NCBI GenBank assembly: GCA_964561465.1
Contig: CAZLPP010000004.1
Location: forward strand, 1-53,526
Length of the DNA stretch: 53,526 nt
Reading direction: 5' to 3'
Source: an uncultured Dehalococcoidales bacterium
GTDB taxonomy: Bacteria > Chloroflexota > Dehalococcoidia > GIF9 > AB-539-J10
Below the pieces are notes generated by a model that was not told where the DNA came from, made no database searches, and was given only the letters and a program-made list of their open reading frames with translations. Of the stretch, positions 18,826-27,009 are shown piece after piece (position 1 is the stretch's first letter; each line of letters starts with the position of its first letter). The translations under genes and the position numbers were made by a program.

Positions 18826-18957
18826 TGCCTTCCTCCGTCCGAAAGTGAAGCCGGTACTCTACAGCATCGGCTGCCGCGCGTCAAAGGGAGGCGGGAGACT
18901 GCCGGCAGGAGCCGGTGTACGGCACGCGCTCGTGGTGTATAATGGCGTCTTCGACGC

Positions 18958-19998
18958 ATGGCACGCATCCGCGCGGCAATCATCAATGTCACAGGCTACA
19001 TCGGTGTCGATGTGGCGCGCATCCTCCTGCGCCATCCGGAGGTCGACCTCGTGTGCGTCACGGGGCGCAGCGCCGCCGGCAAGAAGCTGTCGGAGGTGTT
19101 TCCCCACCTGACCGGTTCAGGCGTGGTGATTCAGCCGGACCTCGACTGTGCGGCGGATGTGATCTTCTCGGCGATGCCTCATAAGGCCAGCGCGGAGGTC
19201 TGCGGACCGCTCGTAGCTCAGGGCTTGAAGGTCATCGACGTCAGCGCCGACTTCCGGCTGAAGAGCCGGCAGGAATACGAGCTCTGGTACGAGGTCGAGC
19301 ATCCCTGCCCGGAGCTGCTGGCGGAAGCCGTGTACGGCCTGCCTGAGCTGCATCGCAACGAGATTGCCGGCGCCCGGCTGGTCGCCAATCCCGGCTGCTA
19401 TCCCACCGGCGCGCTGCTGGCGCTTGCGCCGGCGCTGGCGTCGGGCATGACGGAAGGCGACATAATCATTGACAGCAAGTCCGGCGTCACCGGTGCGGGA
19501 AGAAGCCTGACGTTGACCACTCACTATGCTGAGTGCAACGAGAGCGTCGCCGCGTACTCGGTCGGCGGACATCGCCACATGCCCGAGATACGCCAGGAGT
19601 GCAGGAGACTCGAGCCTCGCGTGAGTGAGGTGCTGTTCGTTCCGCACCTCGTGCCGATGTCGCGCGGCATCCTCAGCACGTGCTACGTGCGCGTGGCTGA
19701 CGGATGGCTTGCGGGACAGGGTGAGCCGGGCAAGGCGGCGACGGAGCTGTATCGCGAGTTCTATCGCGATTCCATGTTCGTCCACGTTGTGGATGCGCCG
19801 CCCGCCACGAAGCAGGTCTGGGGCAGCAACTACTGCCACGTACACGTCAGGTACGACGCGAGGACGCGTCGTTTGCTCTGCATCAGCGCTATTGATAACC
19901 TTGTGAAAGGCGGGGCGGGCGAGGCCGTCCAGAATATGAACCTGATGTGCGGCTTCCCCGAATCGTGTGGCCTCGAAGCCTTGCCCGTCTATCCGTAG
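18958..19998 (+). CDS. argC: N-acetyl-gamma-glutamyl-phosphate reductase
   Basis: SADFRL, AVYGLPE, ANPGCY, SGVTGAG, HRHMPE, IDNLVKG. Confidence 0.96.
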   Translation: MARIRAAIINVTGYIGVDVARILLRHPEVDLVCVTGRSAAGKKLSEVFPHLTGSGVVIQPDLDCAADVIFSAMPHKASAEVCGPLVAQGLKVIDVSADFRLKSRQEYELWYEVEHPCPELLAEAVYGLPELHRNEIAGARLVANPGCYPTGALLALAPALASGMTEGDIIIDSKSGVTGAGRSLTLTTHYAECNESVAAYSVGGHRHMPEIRQECRRLEPRVSEVLFVPHLVPMSRGILSTCYVRVADGWLAGQGEPGKAATELYREFYRDSMFVHVVDAPPATKQVWGSNYCHVHVRYDARTRRLLCISAIDNLVKGGAGEAVQNMNLMCGFPESCGLEALPVYP

Positions 19999-20006
19999 TG
20001 GGGCGC

Positions 20007-20080
20007 GCCCTCATCGTCTAGCGGCCCAGGACGCCAGCCTTTCAAGCTGGAGATCAGGGGTTCGAATCCCCTTGGGGGCA
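20007..20080 (+). tRNA. tRNA-Glu(UUC), CCA not encoded
   Basis: GCCCTCATCGTCTAGCGGCCCAGGACGCCAGCCTTTCAAGCTGGAGATCAGGGGTTCGAATCCCCTTGGGGGCA; anticodon TTC. Confidence 0.96.
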
Positions 20081-20089
20081 CTTCTTCCG

Positions 20090-20728
20090 TCAGCCGTTCC
20101 AGGCGCCTTCGCCCAGCAGAGGGACGAAGAAGCACGCACCGAGGTCGTCCACCAGGTCTCCCTCGGGCGTTCTGGTGATCTTGACGAGGTTCTGCTGCCA
20201 GCGTGGACCAACGGGGATGACCATGCGGCCGTTCCACTTGAGTTGGCCAAGCAACACCTGCGGAACCGACGGTGCTCCGGCCGACACGATGATGGCGTCG
20301 TAGGGCGCGTCCGGCATCCAGCCCAGAGGAGACCTCGGGACGAGGTGGACGTGCACGTTGTTGTAGCCCAGCGTGCGTATCGTCTCGCTCGCCGCATCGG
20401 CCAACTCGGGGATGATCTCGACGCTCACAACCTTGGCCGCGAGTTCGCCAAGGATGGCGGCGACGTAGCCGCTGCCGGTTCCCACCTCGAGCACGCTGTC
20501 CGTCTCCTTCAGCTCAAGAGCCTGGATCATGGCCGCCACGATGTATGGCTGCGAGATGGTCTGGCCGTAGCCGATGCTGAGGGGATGGTCCTCGTAGGCG
20601 GCGTCATACAGGGCAGGCGGGACGAATCGTTCTCTGGGGACCCGCTTCATCGCCTCGATGACGCGGGTGTCCTGTATCTCCCACGCGAGATGCCTGAAGA
20701 GTTGTTCGCGGGATTCCTGGAGGTTCAC
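20090..20728 (-). CDS. pcm: protein-L-isoaspartate O-methyltransferase
   Basis: VPRERFVP, GQTISQPYIVA, VLEVGTGSGY, APYDAI, FVPLLG. Confidence 0.95.
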   Translation of the reverse strand: MNLQESREQLFRHLAWEIQDTRVIEAMKRVPRERFVPPALYDAAYEDHPLSIGYGQTISQPYIVAAMIQALELKETDSVLEVGTGSGYVAAILGELAAKVVSVEIIPELADAASETIRTLGYNNVHVHLVPRSPLGWMPDAPYDAIIVSAGAPSVPQVLLGQLKWNGRMVIPVGPRWQQNLVKITRTPEGDLVDDLGACFFVPLLGEGAWNG

Positions 20729-20750
20729 GTGGACCTGCCGCTCCTCGTGA

Positions 20751-21008
20751 CTACCCGAGGATGGCCCACAGCACCAGAAGCACGATGAGGAAGGAGCCGG
20801 CCAGGAGGCCGATCTGCTTCAACTCAGCGTTGACATGCTCGTAGCGAACCGCCATGTCGCGCCAGGTGACGACCGCCCTGGGTTTCGAGACGACCGGAGG
20901 ACGCTGCGCCGTTATGCGGGGTGTCTCAACAGGCGCCGGCGAGACCGCCGCGACGCTGACAGGTGCCGGGGACTTCGGGGATTGCTTGCGACGCTGTTTC
21001 TTTGACAT
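20751..21008 (-). CDS. small membrane protein (basic N-terminus, C-terminal TM)
   Basis: Tightly packed between the recombinase gene and pcm on the same strand. Confidence 0.7.
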   Translation of the reverse strand: MSKKQRRKQSPKSPAPVSVAAVSPAPVETPRITAQRPPVVSKPRAVVTWRDMAVRYEHVNAELKQIGLLAGSFLIVLLVLWAILG

Positions 21009-21014
21009 AGCGAC

Positions 21015-21869
21015 CTACTTCACCGTGGACAGAGGCTGCCGGTAGACCCTGGTGCTGGAGATATAGGCGTGGCCGAGCGCCTCCTGCAACGAGTGGAGGT
21101 CGGTGCCGCTCTGCACTTTCCGAACTGCGAAGCTGTGGCGCAACGTGTGCGGAGTGACACGGTCACCGAGCCCGGCCCTGGCGGCGTAGTTCTTCACTAT
21201 CTGCCAGAAACCCTGCCGGGTCAACTGATGCCCGCGTCTGTTGAGAAACAGCGCCGTCTCGCTGTCATCGTACAGGAGGTCGAGACGCCCGTTCGTGACG
21301 TAGTCCCGGACCAGCCCGGTCACCTCCTCCGTAAGATGCAACTGGCGCTTCGCCGCGCCGTGGCGGCACCAGAGCGACGTGTGGTCGAGATCAAGGTCGC
21401 CGAGCTGAAGAGAGACTATCTCGGTGGCCCTCAGACCGGTGGCATACAGCAGTTCGAGCATGACCACGTCACGGCGCGACTCAGGCGTGGCCATGCACTT
21501 CGGCACGTCGAGCAATCTCAGGTACTCGGTCTGGGTGAGAACGCGCGGCGCCTTCTTGTTGACCGGCGGGCTTGCGAGATTGCGGACGGGGTTTTCCTTG
21601 AGGCGGCCGCTCTCCACGAGAAACTTGAAGAACGAGCGAGCCGACGCGACCTTGCGCGCGGATGTTGCCGGCGAGTAGCCCTTGCCCTTCAGGTGGACGA
21701 GGTAGGCCAGCAGCAGGTCCTCCTGCGTCGAGAGGATGCCCTTCTCCTTCTCCGATGCCAGGAAGTCCGCCAGCTGGTTGAGGTCGTTCCTGTAGGCGGC
21801 AATCGTGTTCTGGGATGAACCCCTGACCCTGACGAGGTGGTCGAGAAAAGCAGCGATATCCTGCTTCAT
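21015..21869 (-). CDS. xerD: XerD-like tyrosine recombinase
   Basis: SQNTIAAYRNDL, LYATGLRATE, TRQGFWQIVK, TPHTLRHSFA, LGHAYISSTRVY. Confidence 0.8.
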   Translation of the reverse strand: MKQDIAAFLDHLVRVRGSSQNTIAAYRNDLNQLADFLASEKEKGILSTQEDLLLAYLVHLKGKGYSPATSARKVASARSFFKFLVESGRLKENPVRNLASPPVNKKAPRVLTQTEYLRLLDVPKCMATPESRRDVVMLELLYATGLRATEIVSLQLGDLDLDHTSLWCRHGAAKRQLHLTEEVTGLVRDYVTNGRLDLLYDDSETALFLNRRGHQLTRQGFWQIVKNYAARAGLGDRVTPHTLRHSFAVRKVQSGTDLHSLQEALGHAYISSTRVYRQPLSTVK

Positions 21870-21939
21870 GGGGCTTTCATTGTAACACAGGGTATGCGCT
21901 TTTGCTGCTGCCGAAACCCGTTGCTACAATCGTTCGGAC

Positions 21940-23793
21940 GTGCCTACCGAATCCGTCGGCCGAAAGCTCGAGCTGTTGCCCGCGGCGCCCGGGGTTTATC
22001 TGTTCCGCGACGCGGCGGGCGAAATTATCTATGTCGGCAAAGCCTCCAGCCTGCGCAACCGGGTGAAGAGCTACTTCGGCTCGAAGACGGGACTCAGTAC
22101 CAAAGTTCTCAGGCTCGTGGAGGCGGTGGCCGATCTGGAGTTCATCCTCACTGGCACCGAGCAGCAGGCGCTCGTGCTGGAGGCCGATCTCGTCAGACGG
22201 CACCGGCCGCAGTACAACGCCCGGCTCAAGGACGACAAGAGCTTCCCGTACCTCAGGATCGACGTCGAGAGCACGTGGCCGACCGTCACGGTGACCCGCC
22301 GTCGGCTGAACGATGCTGCTCTGTACTTCGGGCCGTTTTCGAGCGCCCGCTCGATGCGCCAGACACTGAGGCTGACGAGGAAGGTCTTCCGCTTCAGGGT
22401 GTGCACCGGGCCGCTGAATGTGAACCGTTCGCGCCCGTGCCTGAACTACCACATTGGCCTCTGCCCGGGGCCGTGTGTTGGTGCGGTCTCGCAGGAGGAG
22501 TACCGCAGGACCATCGATCGCATCGTCCTCTTCCTCAAGGGAAGGCGCCGAGAGGTGCTGGACGCGCTCACGGTCGAGATGAAGGCGGCGGCCGCGAACC
22601 TCGATTTCGAGCGCGCGGCACTGCTGCGTGACCGGGCGCAGGCGGTGGAAATGGTCACCAAGAGGCATGAGGGAGTGACGGCGCTCAGGGGCGACCAGGA
22701 CATCCTTGCCGTCGCCCAGAACGCCGGCGGCGCGCTCGTAGAGGTCTTCTCCGTTCGCGACGGCAGAGCTCTTGGGCGAGAGGATTTCGTCATCGAAGGA
22801 GCGGGAGACCTCTCGCCCTCCGAGGTTCTGCGGAGCTTCATGCTGCAGTACTACGGCGCCGCATCGAGCATACCGCCTCTCGTCCTGCTGCAGCATGCGG
22901 TTGCTGATGGGCGCCTGATTCAGGGCTGGCTATGTGAGTCCCGTGGATCGGCCGTTCGCATCGTCGTGCCGCGGCAAGGAGTCCGTCTGCACCTGGTGCA
23001 GACGGTCGCGGACGACGTTGCCCGCGAACTCGTCGCGAGGGGGGTGGCCGCCACCGGGGAGCCTTCACTCAGGAACGACGGTCTGCGGCAACTCAAGGAG
23101 GTCCTTGGTCTACCGTCGATGCCTGAGCGCATCGAAGGCTTCGACATCTCGACCATACACGGTAGCCAGGCGGTCGGCAGCATGGTCGTCTTCGAGAGGG
23201 GAGTGCCAAGGCCGTCCGACTACCGCCGCTTCAAGATACGGACCGTCTCGGGTCAGGATGACTACGCGATGATGCGTGAGGTGCTGCAACGGCGCTTCGC
23301 GCGGATGGAGCGCGTGGCTCCGGGGACCGGCCGCGCGGTTCGATCCTGGGCTGCTTCTCCCGACCTGGTCCTGGTGGATGGTGGACGGGGGCAGCTCGGC
23401 GTGGCCATTGCCGTGCGGGATGCGGCCGGTGCATCGAGTGTCCGCGTGGCGAGCCTTGCGAAGGAGCATGAAATCGTCTTCTTTGAGAAGAGGGCGGCGC
23501 CTGCGGCTCTGCCTGAAGGCGCCCCCGGGCTGCTGCTGCTGCAGGCAGTGCGCGATGAGGCGCATCGCTTCGCTGTCGCCTACCACCGGAATCTGCGTGA
23601 CGCTTCGGCGGTTGCGTCCGTGCTTGACGGCATCCCCGGCGTCGGACCTCGAAGGAAGCGCTCTCTGCTCGTGTCCTTCGGCTCTCTTGAAGTGCTGCGC
23701 AGCGCCGGCATTGACGAGATCGCAAGCCGCGGGCATCTCCCGCGGGCGCTTGCCGAACGGGTCAAGGACGCGCTGTCAACCCCCGGAACGTGA
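21940..23793 (+). CDS. uvrC: excinuclease ABC subunit C
   Basis: GIY-YIG PGVYLF/IIYVGKA, LKDDKSFPY, IEGFDIS, DDYAMM, VDGGRGQ, RDEAHRFA, HhH. Confidence 0.97.
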   Translation: MPTESVGRKLELLPAAPGVYLFRDAAGEIIYVGKASSLRNRVKSYFGSKTGLSTKVLRLVEAVADLEFILTGTEQQALVLEADLVRRHRPQYNARLKDDKSFPYLRIDVESTWPTVTVTRRRLNDAALYFGPFSSARSMRQTLRLTRKVFRFRVCTGPLNVNRSRPCLNYHIGLCPGPCVGAVSQEEYRRTIDRIVLFLKGRRREVLDALTVEMKAAAANLDFERAALLRDRAQAVEMVTKRHEGVTALRGDQDILAVAQNAGGALVEVFSVRDGRALGREDFVIEGAGDLSPSEVLRSFMLQYYGAASSIPPLVLLQHAVADGRLIQGWLCESRGSAVRIVVPRQGVRLHLVQTVADDVARELVARGVAATGEPSLRNDGLRQLKEVLGLPSMPERIEGFDISTIHGSQAVGSMVVFERGVPRPSDYRRFKIRTVSGQDDYAMMREVLQRRFARMERVAPGTGRAVRSWAASPDLVLVDGGRGQLGVAIAVRDAAGASSVRVASLAKEHEIVFFEKRAAPAALPEGAPGLLLLQAVRDEAHRFAVAYHRNLRDASAVASVLDGIPGVGPRRKRSLLVSFGSLEVLRSAGIDEIASRGHLPRALAERVKDALSTPGT

Positions 23794-24523
23794 GGGCGTT
23801 TCTGACCGCGAAGGCGTTGGCGTCGTTGTTGAAGTAGGCGTAGACCGTCCTCGGCTTCGTGGCAATCGTTCTCGCGGCCTGGACCCACCAGGCGAGTGAA
23901 TCGTCGCCGTACAGTCCGCCGTAGAGGGTTGCCGAGCCGTGGAACCGCAGGTAGATGAAGTCGGTCGTCGCAATCACGGGGGAGCGGAAGCCCGGCCAAT
24001 CGATGAGGCACAGCGCAACGCCGCTCGCCCGCAGAAGCGCGTATACGTCCTCGTGCCACCATGACTGGTGACGGAACTCGACCGCGTGTCTGGCGCTGCT
24101 CGGCAGGATGTCGAGAAACGCCTTCAGACGGTCGTCGTCCCGGACGAGAGCGGGTGGCAGTTGCCAGAGGACCGGCCCCAGCTTCGTCCCAAGCGGCGAT
24201 ATCCTTCGGGTGAACTCGCTCACGGGACCAGCCACGTCATTCAGTCGCCGCACGTGAGTAACATATCGGCTTCCCTTGACGGCGAAGACGAACCCGGGAG
24301 GAGTCTCTCTCGCCCATTCGGCCGCGGTCGATTCCGACGGCATGCGGTAGAAGGTGCTGTTCAGTTCGACGGTGTTGAAGTGCCCGCAGTAGAAGTCGAG
24401 CCAGCGGGAGGTCGGAAGACCGACCGGGTAGAAGCGTCCGCGCCAGGCCGGGTACTGCCAGCCGCTGCAGCCGACATGGATGCTCTGCGATATCTCCGGA
24501 CTATCATCAGTCTGTGCTTGCAC
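23762..24523 (-). CDS. DUF72 (YecE-like) protein
   Basis: GCSGWQY, VELNSTFY, LWQLPP, VEFRHQSW, YLRFHG, YFNND. Confidence 0.92.
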   Translation of the reverse strand: MQAQTDDSPEISQSIHVGCSGWQYPAWRGRFYPVGLPTSRWLDFYCGHFNTVELNSTFYRMPSESTAAEWARETPPGFVFAVKGSRYVTHVRRLNDVAGPVSEFTRRISPLGTKLGPVLWQLPPALVRDDDRLKAFLDILPSSARHAVEFRHQSWWHEDVYALLRASGVALCLIDWPGFRSPVIATTDFIYLRFHGSATLYGGLYGDDSLAWWVQAARTIATKPRTVYAYFNNDANAFAVRNALTFRGLTARP

Positions 24524-24547
24524 TCCCGCTCACCCCTGTTGTATACT
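24518..24547 (+). promoter_or_regulatory. promoter of the 5S rRNA gene
   Basis: TTGCAC-N18-TATACT shortly upstream of the 5S helix I. Confidence 0.7.
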
Positions 24548-24563
24548 ACCCCGCATTAGGAAC

Positions 24564-24683
24564 CTCTTGGTGACTGGAGCGGAGCGGACCCACCCGTTCC
24601 CATCCCGAACACGGTAGTGAAACGCTCCAGCGCAGACGATACTCGAGGGGCGACTCTCCGGGAAAATATGCCGTTGCCAGGGG
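24564..24683 (+). rRNA. rrf: 5S rRNA (stand-alone; ends approximate)
   Basis: CACCCGTTCCCATCCCGAACACGGTAGTGAA, GACGATACT, GGGAAAATA; terminal helix CTCTTGG/CCAGGGG. Confidence 0.95.
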
Positions 24684-24968
24684 GTTCCTTTTCTTTTGCC
24701 CTCTCACCTGCATCGCCGGAACGCTCTCCCGAGTAGCGGTGATGCCCGCGCCTCGCGCGAGCCCGTAGAGCTATTGTACGCTCCGGGCCGGCTTCTCTCA
24801 CCTGCCACAGCCGTCTGAATGCATCGGCCGCCGGTTGCGGCTGCCTCGACCGTGCCATGGTTCCGCGCCCGGGTGGCGAATCCCTCAGCGGCGGCGCCGG
24901 AGCCGTCTCCGCCTGCCACCACGAAGGGATACAATACTCTCCAGTGATTCTGGCAGGGAGGATTGTCG

Positions 24969-25496
24969 GTGGAACTGGCTCACACCATTGCCGCACTGCA
25001 GCGTGAACTCCGTTTGTCCACCGGCTCCGTGGTCTGGATCGCAACCGCCGAATCCGCGACCGCAGGACGGATTGCCGACCGGCTCACGGGGGTTCCCGGC
25101 GCATCGGACTACGTAGCGGGCGGCTGCATCGTCTACAGCAACGAGGCGAAGCGCCGTCTTCTCGGGGTTTCCGGGGAGACGCTGGCTGCTCACGGCGCGG
25201 TCAGCGCGGAGGTCGCAAGTGAGATGGCGGAGGGCGGACGGCACGCCCTGGGTGCTGACGTGTGCGTGGCCGACACGGGCATCGCAGGACCGGGAGGGGC
25301 GACGGCAACGAAGCCGGTCGGCCTCTTCTTCCTCGCTCTGGCGACTCCTTCGGGCTGCACGGTCACACGATTCCTGTACTCGGGCGACCGGGAAGGCAAC
25401 AAGGAGGCCGCAACGCAGAGCGCGCTGAGTCTGCTGCGTGACTATCTGGTACAATGCTGCCACTCACAGGGGGCGAACGACCATGGCAGTCTTTGA
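24969..25496 (+). CDS. cinA: CinA C-terminal domain protein (NMN deamidase, PncC-like)
   Basis: ATAESATAG, PGASDY, YSNEAK, GAVS, TGIAGPGG, KPVG; GGGAGGA before GTG 24969. Confidence 0.88.
   Translation: MELAHTIAALQRELRLSTGSVVWIATAESATAGRIADRLTGVPGASDYVAGGCIVYSNEAKRRLLGVSGETLAAHGAVSAEVASEMAEGGRHALGADVCVADTGIAGPGGATATKPVGLFFLALATPSGCTVTRFLYSGDREGNKEAATQSALSLLRDYLVQCCHSQGANDHGSL
25447..25455 (+). promoter_or_regulatory. putative extended -10 promoter for sepS inside the cinA 3' end
   Basis: TG-G-TACAAT ending 27 nt upstream of the sepS ATG; same motif precedes several other genes in the window. Confidence 0.4.
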
Positions 25497-27003
25497 CGTT
25501 GCCAGCATCCGGAAGAGCGCGAAGGACGATTTCACCGCGACCTGGCTCTCGACGGCAGCGCTTGTGCCGAAGAACACGGCAGTGAAGCTGCCGGAGAAGG
25601 GAAGGTCGCACCCTGTCCGCGACCTGATGCAGCGTTTTCGTGAGGTGCTGCTGGCGCGCGGCCTCGACGAGGCCGAGAACCTCACCATCCTGCCGGACTC
25701 CGATGTCACAAAGCAGTACGGACCTGAGGCGCTCGTCATACTCGACCGGGCGTTCTACCTGGCGCAACTGCCCCGGCCCGAGATAGGTGTGAGCGCGCAG
25801 CGGATCCAGCAGGTCGAGAGCATCGTCGGCCGACCGGTTGACGTTGAGGAGCTTGGCGCCATTCTCCGGTCGTACAAGCGGGGAGACATCGAGGCGGACG
25901 ATCTCATCGAGGCGCTGATGAAGCGGCTCAACATCCTGGACAACCAGGCGACGGACATCATCCAGCGGGTCTTCCCGGAGCTCTACAACCTGAAGCCCGT
26001 CCCGACCGACAAGACGCTGCGCAGCCATATGACGGCCACATGGTTCCACACCATGGCGGCGTTGCAGGACAAGGCGACCTATCCCGTAGCCCTGTTCTCG
26101 GTCGGCCCGCGTTACCGGAATGAGCAGCGCGAGGATGCGCACCACCTGCGGGTGCATCACACCGCGTCCATAGCGATAATGGACCCCGAGATGTCGCTCG
26201 AGGCCGGACGGGAGCTCACGTCGAGTATCCTCAAGGGGTTCGGCTTCGAGGAGACGAGGTTCGAGCAGAAGGCTGCCACATCGAAGTACTACACCCCCGG
26301 CCTCGAAGAAGAGGTCTTCGCAAAGTATCGCAACCGTTGGGTCGAGGTTGCCGACATCGGCATGTACTCGCCGGTGGCCCTGGCCAACTTCGAGATTCGG
26401 CACCCGGTGTTCAACGCCGGCATCGGCATCGAGCGAATGGCGATGATTCTGCAGGGTGCCGACGATATCCGGAAGCTGATGTATCCGCAATTCTCCGTCG
26501 TCGACTTCGGCGATGCCGAGATCGCCGCGGCGCTATCCTACATCTCAGCTCCCAAGACCGAGCGCGGCCTCAAGATAGCGAAGGCTATCGAAGGAAGCGC
26601 GCGGAAGCACAAGGACGAGATTGCGCCCTGCGAGTTCGTCGCGTTCAAGGACAACAGGGTTGAGGTCAAGCTCGTCGAGCGGGAAACCGGCAAGAAGCTG
26701 GTTGGACCCGCAGGCTTCAACGAGATATGCGCCGGGGACGGCACGATTTACAGCGACCTTCAGCCGTCGGGCGCGTACACGGGCATCAACTACATGCGTG
26801 GTGTGGCCATGGCTGCCGCGGCGATGGCGGAGGATGCTGCTGAACCCTGCCAGTTGCAGGTGAAGATGATACGGCACCTGTCGGACCTGAATCTCGAGTT
26901 GCCCGAAGCGGTGAGGCAGCACATCGAGCGTCAACAGAAGAAGATCGGAGTCGGCGGGGCGATGTTCGTCACAGTCGAGATCGCGCCCGTCGTACAGGGG
27001 TGA
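25483..27003 (+). CDS. sepS: O-phosphoseryl-tRNA(Cys) synthetase (SepRS)
   Basis: GRSHPV, KQYGPEALVILDRAFYLAQLPRPEIG, LRSHMTATWF, RNEQRED, SKYY, GMYSPVAL, VFNAGIGIERMAM, KKLVGPAGFNEI, SDLNL. Confidence 0.95.
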   Translation: MAVFDVASIRKSAKDDFTATWLSTAALVPKNTAVKLPEKGRSHPVRDLMQRFREVLLARGLDEAENLTILPDSDVTKQYGPEALVILDRAFYLAQLPRPEIGVSAQRIQQVESIVGRPVDVEELGAILRSYKRGDIEADDLIEALMKRLNILDNQATDIIQRVFPELYNLKPVPTDKTLRSHMTATWFHTMAALQDKATYPVALFSVGPRYRNEQREDAHHLRVHHTASIAIMDPEMSLEAGRELTSSILKGFGFEETRFEQKAATSKYYTPGLEEEVFAKYRNRWVEVADIGMYSPVALANFEIRHPVFNAGIGIERMAMILQGADDIRKLMYPQFSVVDFGDAEIAAALSYISAPKTERGLKIAKAIEGSARKHKDEIAPCEFVAFKDNRVEVKLVERETGKKLVGPAGFNEICAGDGTIYSDLQPSGAYTGINYMRGVAMAAAAMAEDAAEPCQLQVKMIRHLSDLNLELPEAVRQHIERQQKKIGVGGAMFVTVEIAPVVQG

Positions 27004-27009
27004 TGCAGC

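Noticed and set aside
21015-21869. Prophage or ICE integrase
   Set aside because: XerD-like sequence in a housekeeping context with no phage, conjugation or att features
25483-27003. Possible PheRS alpha subunit
   Set aside because: SepRS-specific motifs and the adjacent SepCysS gene; no pheT
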